Shown here: positions 57,577 through 64,000 of the stretch, piece after piece
How the letters are laid out: the number at the start of each line of letters is the position of its first letter
How positions within the stretch are numbered: the first letter of the stretch is position 1
Source: Longimicrobiales bacterium
GTDB taxonomy: Bacteria; Gemmatimonadota; Gemmatimonadetes; Longimicrobiales; Gaopeijiaceae
Assembly (NCBI GenBank): GCA_965219445.1
Contig: CBDCNQ010000003.1
Coordinates: forward strand, 256,001-320,000
Direction of reading: 5' to 3'
DNA: 64,000 bases
Program-made: the position numbers and the translations under genes
The notes under the pieces: model-generated
Database searches by the model: none
The model's input: only the letters and a program-made list of their open reading frames with translations
What the model was told of the DNA's origin: nothing

Positions 57577-58961
57577 GCTCCGCTAGCTAACAGTTCGAGC
57601 TGGGTCCGGATCTCTTCTTCTTCGGTATCGCGAACCACCGGGTCCGGGTCCAGCAAGGGCTGCCAAGGTCTTTCGAGGTCGAGCGCCGCTTCGATGTCGA
57701 ACACGAGCTTACCGAGCTTCGCCTCCTCGGCGTAGCGGAGCGCCGCCTCGAGGGCGTCTTGCCCCTCCGGCCGGTCGAGGGCGAGTAGGGCCTGACCTCG
57801 CTCAAAGAGGATCTGTCCTTTCCCCATCGCTGATAGTTCGGCGTCGTCGACTTTCGACGAAAAAAAATCGAAGGACGCCTCGTCTCCTCTGAAGGCGGAC
57901 ATCACGGCGAGGTTCTGGGCGGCGTGGTGTCGAGTCTCGGTAAGCGGCGAGCCATTCATCGTCATGAGGTTACAACACCAGGCCTCCTCTGATCTTCCCA
58001 GTCTACGAAAGCAGTCACCGAGCGTAACGAGAATATCCCATTCGTCGTCGAGCCCACGCGCCTCCGTGAAGGCGCGCCATCCGACTCGAACCGCTTCGGT
58101 CCAGGCTTCGGCGTCGCGATGGATCAGCATGAGCCCGAAATAGCCCTGTGCGACCGCCTGCCGGGCTCCGGCAGTCTGGCCCTCTTCGATCGCCGAGCGG
58201 AAGAGAGTCTCGGCCGCGGCGATCGCGCCCTTTTCCCGACGGACGTTCGCGAGACCGATAGCCACGTGGGCCGCCGCATCGAGCCTCCCAAACGCAAGCG
58301 CCGTGTCCCGGGCCTGCTGATACCAAGTGACGGCTTCGTCCCATCGCCCGAGTTTGCGAAGCGCTCTACCTAAAAAGCGCGCTGCGCGGATCGCCGCAGC
58401 TTTATTCGCCGTGGAAAGAGCGGCCTCGTGGGCCTGGCTGTAGGTGGTGATCGCCGACTCGAAGTCGGAAGCGTCCTCCGTGGCCTCGCCCTCGGCGATC
58501 AGTTCCGTTACGGAAAGGTTCGCAGTCGGCTCGACCCCTTCAATCCGCCCGATCGCCCAGGTCGCCACCCAGGCGGCGATCTCAGCCGCACGGCCCAAGT
58601 TCCTGCCGACCTCCAAGCGGCGATCCCCCTGAAGGACGAGAAACCAGGATCGGCCGTGACGCTCAGCCAGGAACAGGCCTGCCCACGTATTGGCTCTGGT
58701 TTGGCCACTGTGGAGCCGTCCAACCACGGACTCCCTTCGGCTGTTCCTGATGAATTCCTCCGGGACGCTCTCGAACCCGCATCCGTGCTCCGCCTCCGGG
58801 GGGCAGAGCGTCAGGTAGGGGTGCAGCACCCCGCCATTCTCCGTGTAAGACCAAACCAAGCCGGCGCTCGCGGCCCCCGACTCCTGCTTGAGCGTCGCCA
58901 GTTTCGGTGCCAGGCGGCTCCGAATCGGATCGTAGGAGTAAAGCTGGAATTTGCGTGTCAT
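57549..58961 (-). CDS. TPR-repeat protein with an uncharacterised N-terminal domain
   Basis: Tandem TPRs (LGRALRKLGRWDEAVTWYQQA; GLANVRREKGAIAAAETLF; LGDCFRRLGRSEEA); no signal peptide. Confidence 0.75.
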   Translation of the reverse strand: MTRKFQLYSYDPIRSRLAPKLATLKQESGAASAGLVWSYTENGGVLHPYLTLCPPEAEHGCGFESVPEEFIRNSRRESVVGRLHSGQTRANTWAGLFLAERHGRSWFLVLQGDRRLEVGRNLGRAAEIAAWVATWAIGRIEGVEPTANLSVTELIAEGEATEDASDFESAITTYSQAHEAALSTANKAAAIRAARFLGRALRKLGRWDEAVTWYQQARDTALAFGRLDAAAHVAIGLANVRREKGAIAAAETLFRSAIEEGQTAGARQAVAQGYFGLMLIHRDAEAWTEAVRVGWRAFTEARGLDDEWDILVTLGDCFRRLGRSEEAWCCNLMTMNGSPLTETRHHAAQNLAVMSAFRGDEASFDFFSSKVDDAELSAMGKGQILFERGQALLALDRPEGQDALEAALRYAEEAKLGKLVFDIEAALDLERPWQPLLDPDPVVRDTEEEEIRTQLELLASGAQSSSSSSQ

Positions 58962-59377
58962 GGCATTAATTTTATGAGTGATGGCAGGCGTTAATATGGC
59001 ATTGCTAATATAGTCAGCGCTCACCCCGGGAGAAAAGGCGCATGAATGGATAATACAACGAATTTTGCGCAACTATTGCTTAGTGTGCCCCGCATGTTTA
59101 GACTGGTGTTAAGGCACGTGCGGGCAGGTGCCCTGGCTTCTATGACCCTGGGGGGGGCTCTTGAGTCAGAACTGTTGCGCGGTGGAGGGTTGCCGCGGAC
59201 CGACTGCCCGCACCTTTTTCCCTTCCTGATTGGTATGATCCCTCCAATGGCCAGCCCCTTTTCGTCGAGGGTTGGTGTCCGTCGATGGGTGACGCTCCGC
59301 TGAGGGAGAAAAGTGGCCGTTCTCGACCTGAGGTCCCCTGGACTCAGCGTGTACATCGGCATGGGAAGGTTCACCGG

Positions 59378-59995
59378 ATGACTCCTGCCACCGAAAGGAT
59401 CTTCGGCGTCATCCTGGCCGGAGGCCAGAGCCGCCGGTTCGGCCGGGCGAAGCCGTTCGCAGTACTTGGCGGAGCTCCCATGGCAAGCTGGGGAGTGCGG
59501 GCGCTTAAGGCGGCGGGCTTGGCCGTCGGCGTCGTATCGGACGACGATGGTATGGAGGCAGCGCTCGGTGTCCCGGCTCGACCCGATCTGGAGGCCGGAC
59601 TCGGCCCGATCGGCGGGCTATGGACGGCACTCCGATGGGCCCAGGAAAGAGGAGACGACGGCGTGCTGCTTCTCGGGTGCGACATGCCCCTCGTGAGTGA
59701 GGCGATGCTTCGGGCCGTCCTCGGCTGGAGCGACACTGCGCCAGCGGTGGTCCCCATGGGCCCGGAGGGTCCCGAGCCGCTGTGCGCCCTCTACCGAGCC
59801 GCGTGTGCGTCGGTGATCCAGCACAGGCTCCGCTCCAAAGACCTGTCGATGCGTGGGCTGGCACAAGCTCTCGGGGCAGCGCTGATCGGTGAGGAGGACG
59901 TCGCCGCGGTCACGGACCCACAGATCGACTTCCTAAACGTGAATACTGTGACGGATCGGGATCGGGCCGAGCATTTTCTCACCACGCGTCGCTAG
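59378..59995 (+). CDS. mobA: Molybdenum cofactor guanylyltransferase
   Basis: ILAGGQSRRFG..K, GPIGGL, GCDMP, EPLCALY, FLNVNT. Confidence 0.88.
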   Translation: MTPATERIFGVILAGGQSRRFGRAKPFAVLGGAPMASWGVRALKAAGLAVGVVSDDDGMEAALGVPARPDLEAGLGPIGGLWTALRWAQERGDDGVLLLGCDMPLVSEAMLRAVLGWSDTAPAVVPMGPEGPEPLCALYRAACASVIQHRLRSKDLSMRGLAQALGAALIGEEDVAAVTDPQIDFLNVNTVTDRDRAEHFLTTRR

Positions 59996-60024
59996 CGGGA
60001 CGAGTGCCAGCGAGTACCGCAATA

Positions 60025-60414
60025 CTAACCACCCGCGCCGCCGGACCCTCCGGCGCGTGGCTCATATTCCAACTCGAACTCTACGCGCACGATGCCGGGT
60101 ATCGCTCGGACGACGGCGCCGAGACTCTGCTGAACCGTTCCGAAGCCGCCAGGCGTGAAGCGGCCTCCACAGCCCTCACAGACAACCGACCCCCTCAGCG
60201 TCACTACCCCGTTGCTCACGTCCACGGTAATCGAATCCGCCGGAACGTCGGACGCACTTTCGAGGGCCGCCTCGACCCGCGCCCTGAGCACTTCGTCGGG
60301 CACACTCTGGGTGGCTTCCGACCCGCAGGCGCCAAGGGATAGGGCGGCACCGAAGGAGATGGCGACTGCGGAACGGAACGTGGACGCCCTCCATCTCACT
60401 GTTCTCACGGTCAC
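60025..60414 (-). CDS. BON-domain lipoprotein with a CxxC motif
   Basis: LGAC lipobox; D..L.ARVEAAL..I.V.VSNGVVTLRG..CEGC..IPGIVRV. Confidence 0.7.
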   Translation of the reverse strand: MTVRTVRWRASTFRSAVAISFGAALSLGACGSEATQSVPDEVLRARVEAALESASDVPADSITVDVSNGVVTLRGSVVCEGCGGRFTPGGFGTVQQSLGAVVRAIPGIVRVEFELEYEPRAGGSGGAGG

Positions 60415-60428
60415 TTCCCGTAACGGTC

Positions 60429-61439
60429 TCAGGCGGACGTTGCCAGTGTCAGAACCGTGCGCTCCACCACCTCTCGGGTAAGCGGGACCTTGTAGGCGTT
60501 CTTCGAGAGGGGCCTCGCTCCTGCCACGGCGGCTGCCGCGGCCTCTCGCGCGAGCTCCGGCGTGACGCGTTGACCCACCAGCACGCTCTCCGCCTCCTGG
60601 ACCCGCCATGGAATAGGAGCCACGCCTCCTAGCACGATCCGCGCTCCCCGGCAGACGTCTCCGTTCATCTCGAGCACGACGGCTGCACTCACCAAGGAGT
60701 GCGTCCACGCCTCGCGATCCATGACCTTGTGATACGTACTCCGCACGCCGTTGCCAGGCGTTGGAAGGTCGACTGATATCAGCACCTCTTCGTCACCCAG
60801 AACGTTCTCGTGTTCTGCATCCTGGCGCGGAAGCACGAAGAAGTCCGATCCCGACAAGGTCCGCTCACCCCCGGGCCCGACGATTCGGAAGCTCGCGTCG
60901 AGGGCGACGAGCGCGGGCGCGACGTCCGAGGGATGGACTATATAGCTGGGTCCCCCGCCGAAGATCGCATGGAGCTGGTTCTCGCCGATGACGGAGAAAC
61001 ATTGGTTGCCCCCGGCCTTGTAGCACGGGAACCCGTTGCGGTAGTACCAGCACCAGGGCCGCTGACAGACGTTGCCCGCCACGGTGCCGGCTTTGCGGAT
61101 CTGGGGAGTGGCGACGCTCTCGGCCGCCTCAGCCAACACCGTGAACCGGTCGCGGATGAGCGCATGTTCGCTGAGCGCGTCGAGCGTGACCAATCCGCCG
61201 ACAGTCACGCCGTCCTGCCCCCTCGACGCCACTTGATCGAGCCCCTCCACGGTCTTGAGGTTCACGAGGACGTCCGGCTCCCCGGATCCCGGCCGATTTA
61301 CCACGCCATCCTTCACCAGTTGGAGCAAATCGGTACCTCCAGAGGCGAACGAGACCGCCCGGCCGTTCGAGAGCGCCTCCTGCGCTAGCGCCACCGCCTC
61401 TTCCGGAGTACGTGCGTTCTGGTTGGCAAAAGCTTTCAT
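60429..61439 (-). CDS. Xanthine dehydrogenase family FAD subunit (YagS/PaoB-like)
   Basis: GGTDL, VATPQIR..GTVAGN.CQRPWCWYYR..CYKAGG..C, HPSD, LGGVAPIPWR. Confidence 0.9.
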   Translation of the reverse strand: MKAFANQNARTPEEAVALAQEALSNGRAVSFASGGTDLLQLVKDGVVNRPGSGEPDVLVNLKTVEGLDQVASRGQDGVTVGGLVTLDALSEHALIRDRFTVLAEAAESVATPQIRKAGTVAGNVCQRPWCWYYRNGFPCYKAGGNQCFSVIGENQLHAIFGGGPSYIVHPSDVAPALVALDASFRIVGPGGERTLSGSDFFVLPRQDAEHENVLGDEEVLISVDLPTPGNGVRSTYHKVMDREAWTHSLVSAAVVLEMNGDVCRGARIVLGGVAPIPWRVQEAESVLVGQRVTPELAREAAAAAVAGARPLSKNAYKVPLTREVVERTVLTLATSA

Positions 61440-63607
61440 GCCAGCGCTCCCAAGATCTTTTCTCGCGTGATAGGCAGGTCCTTCATACGGTGCCCGATGG
61501 CGTTGAAGATCGCGTTGGCCACCGCGGCCGGACCCAGAATGATGCCCGCCTCCCCGACCGTCTTCGCACCGTAGGGACCGTAGCCGTCGTCGGTCTGGAT
61601 GAAGGTCACCTCGATTTCCGGCACATCCATGTGCGTCAGGTGTCGCGCCCCGTAGTATCCGGCCGTAAGCGGATGGCCGTTCCGAGCGTCATACAGGAGA
61701 TCCTCGTGCAAGGCCTGTCCGATGCCCTGTATGGCCGCACCCCGGATCTGGTCCCTCGCCGGCAGCGGATTGAGGATGCGACCCGACTCGTGGACGGCAA
61801 CGTACTTGGTGATCCACACATGGCCGAGCTGAACATCCGCCTCCACCTCGACGAAGTGCGCGCCGAAGCACATGCGCCGCCTTCCCTGGGTGCTGGGAGT
61901 TGGGGTCGCCGATGCGATCAGCACGTCTTCTCCCCGCGGCATCCCCCTCTCCGCGATTTGGCTCTTGAGGTCCTGGGCAGCCTGAACGACCGCGTACCCC
62001 GTCATCGTCGTGGTCCGGCTCCCCGACTCGCCCACCGAATACGGGCAGCGATCGGTATCGCCCCAGACGACTTCCACCTGTGATAACGGTACGCCCAGCT
62101 CCTCGGCGGCGATCATGGCCATCGTGGTCTTCGCGCCGGGGCCGATGTCTGTGACGCCTACAAACAGCGTGTACAGCTCCTCGGAATTCACCCGGAGGAT
62201 CGCGCTGCTCGGGCCGACACCTGATCGGAACATCATGAACGCCATGCCGGCACCACGCTTGATCGGCCCGGGGTCCGAACCCGGCTCCGGACGCCAGCGG
62301 CTCTCCCAGTCGAAGAGCTCTCGACCCTGTGCGATGCACTCCTCGAGCGAGTAGTTGGTGAACTGCACTTGTTCCGTCGGCCTCCGCATGTTCTTCAGTG
62401 CGAATTCCACCGGGTCCATGCCCACTTTGTACGCGATGTCGTCCATCATCGACTGGACCGCGAAATAGCCCTGGGGGTCCGACGGTGCCCGGAAATTCCC
62501 CGACACCATCCGGTTCGTGTGCACCGGGTAAATTACGCGCTCGACGTTGGGACACCCGTATGCGTCGATCCCGCCGATGCCCCCGGATCTCCTCAGATAC
62601 GGACCCATCCCACTGTAACCGTGCATCTGAATCGCCGTCACGGTTCCGTCCTGCGTCACACCCACCTTGAAGTCCTGCACGGTGTGCCAGCGGCCGTGTG
62701 TGCCGAGCCAGTCGTCCTTGCGCGTGAGCTCGAGCAGCACGGGCGCGTCCGTCTCCCTCGCCAGCATCGCCGCGATCAGATCGAAGTAATAACTCCCGTT
62801 CTTGTCGCCGAATCCCCCGCCCATGTACTTGCAGATGACCTGAACCTGATGGTCGTCCAGACCCAGATCCCGTGCGTTGTCGTGGCGGCAGTTGGAGATA
62901 CCCTGGGTCGGCGTATAGAGGGTGAGCTTGTCGCCTTCCCATTGCGCCAGCGCGCAGCGCGGCTCCATCTGGCCGTCCTGCACGAAGGCCGTCGTATACC
63001 GATCCTCGAACACCTGATCGGCCTCCCGGAATCCCGCCTCGGGGCCCCCGGTCCGTCCCCCCGCCGGTCTCGGTTCGTTCTCAGCATTCAGCGCGAGGTT
63101 GCCCTCGGGCCAGATGGGAGGAGCCCCCGGCTCCAGCGCCTCCTCAGGATCGAGCACGAACGGCAGCTCCTCGTAATCGATCTCGATGAGCTCGAGCGCC
63201 TCCTCGGCCACGTGCCGGTTGACCGCGGCCACCGCCGCCACCGGCTGGCCAACGAAGCGCACCGGGTTGTCGAACATGTACCGGACGTGTCTCGTGATAT
63301 CTTTGGCCGCGTCGTTGTACTGCCGTCCCCCGGCGATCGAGCCCGAGCCGTACACTACTCGGTGCGTCTCGTGCGTGATGACCGCCCTCACGCCCGGCAG
63401 GGCCTCGGCCCTCGATACGTCGATACCGCGGATGCGGGCGTGCGGATGCGGGCTCCGCAAGACCCGGGCGTACAACATCCCCGGGAGCCGAACGTCGCGT
63501 GTATAGGTGGCTTTCCCCGTCACGCGCTCGTAGGCATCGATGCGCGGGACGTTGTGCCCAACCGTGTTCATCGGCCCGACGGGCCCGGCCGCTCGCTGTT
63601 GGCTCAT
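61436..63607 (-). CDS. Xanthine dehydrogenase family molybdopterin-binding subunit
   Basis: RVTGKATY, MEPR, MGGGFGDK, FRAP, GSRTT, GAKTVGEA. Confidence 0.9.
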   Translation of the reverse strand: MSQQRAAGPVGPMNTVGHNVPRIDAYERVTGKATYTRDVRLPGMLYARVLRSPHPHARIRGIDVSRAEALPGVRAVITHETHRVVYGSGSIAGGRQYNDAAKDITRHVRYMFDNPVRFVGQPVAAVAAVNRHVAEEALELIEIDYEELPFVLDPEEALEPGAPPIWPEGNLALNAENEPRPAGGRTGGPEAGFREADQVFEDRYTTAFVQDGQMEPRCALAQWEGDKLTLYTPTQGISNCRHDNARDLGLDDHQVQVICKYMGGGFGDKNGSYYFDLIAAMLARETDAPVLLELTRKDDWLGTHGRWHTVQDFKVGVTQDGTVTAIQMHGYSGMGPYLRRSGGIGGIDAYGCPNVERVIYPVHTNRMVSGNFRAPSDPQGYFAVQSMMDDIAYKVGMDPVEFALKNMRRPTEQVQFTNYSLEECIAQGRELFDWESRWRPEPGSDPGPIKRGAGMAFMMFRSGVGPSSAILRVNSEELYTLFVGVTDIGPGAKTTMAMIAAEELGVPLSQVEVVWGDTDRCPYSVGESGSRTTTMTGYAVVQAAQDLKSQIAERGMPRGEDVLIASATPTPSTQGRRRMCFGAHFVEVEADVQLGHVWITKYVAVHESGRILNPLPARDQIRGAAIQGIGQALHEDLLYDARNGHPLTAGYYGARHLTHMDVPEIEVTFIQTDDGYGPYGAKTVGEAGIILGPAAVANAIFNAIGHRMKDLPITREKILGALA

Positions 63608-64000
63608 GGTGTGCCTCCCGATTCCGGAGTCCCAGCAGCCGCCACCACGGCCTCCACGATCGCGTTGTAATTCGAACACCGACAAAGATTGCCGACCATC
63701 GCCTGACGCACCTCCCCCGCCGTCGGGCGCGGGTTGCGCCCCAGCAGCGCGGTCGCCGTCATCAGCTGACCCGGCGTGCAAAATCCACATTGCGGCGCAT
63801 TGTGATCCATGAAAGCCTGCTGCAACGAAGAAAGCTCGCCGTCGTGCTCGAGCCCCTCCACGGTCGAAACCGCCCGACCATCCGCCCACACTGCAAGCGT
63901 GCTGCACGAATACACGGGCTCGCCGTCAAGCAGTACCGTGCACGCGCCACATTCACCGCGGTTGCAGCCGATCTTGGAGCCCGTGAGCCCGATGTGGTCC
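63604..64000 (-). CDS. Xanthine dehydrogenase family 2Fe-2S subunit (5' end outside the window)
   Basis: GSKIGCNRGECGACTV, QCGFCTPG, NLCRC. Confidence 0.88.
   Translation of the reverse strand, partial: DHIGLTGSKIGCNRGECGACTVLLDGEPVYSCSTLAVWADGRAVSTVEGLEHDGELSSLQQAFMDHNAPQCGFCTPGQLMTATALLGRNPRPTAGEVRQAMVGNLCRCSNYNAIVEAVVAAAGTPESGGTP

Noticed and set aside
56270..59377. Prophage or integrative element around the XRE-peptide-TPR cassette
   Set aside because: No integrase, att-like direct repeats, tRNA or phage genes are visible.

Overview
A GC-rich bacterial chromosomal window. Gene content (many Sec/Tat-exported enzymes, DUF5916, HEAT+HD-GYP pair, lipoproteins) suggests a diderm such as Gemmatimonadota, but that is inference only. 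Most of it is housekeeping or accessory metabolism: mmuM, cspA, pheA, a bioBAFD operon, two PaoABC/xanthine-dehydrogenase-family operons, msrPQ, soxCD, mobA, metal-uptake, TAXI-TRAP and POT transporters, PPIases, an ABC-F protein and several regulators. Three loci stand out. (1) At 24131-27130 an IS110/IS1111-type element sits inside the left terminal inverted repeat of an IS256 element. Its downstream non-coding region folds into a bridge/seekRNA-like structure whose loops carry exact short matches to both strands of that IR target and to the element's own right end. (2) At 56450-58961 there is a cassette with AT-rich spacers, made of a double-HTH XRE regulator, an unannotated 47-aa lipoprotein-signal peptide with a Cys-bounded loop, and a convergent TPR protein. 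It is a candidate peptide-receptor signalling system. (3) At 23739-24074 a His/Cys-rich upstream ORF ending in the RAPP arrest motif precedes an ATPase-less metal-uptake operon. Several proteins appear to be pseudoenzymes (PilB/GspE-like ATPase, AKR-RidA fusion, HD-GYP). I saw no rRNA, tRNA or CRISPR array.
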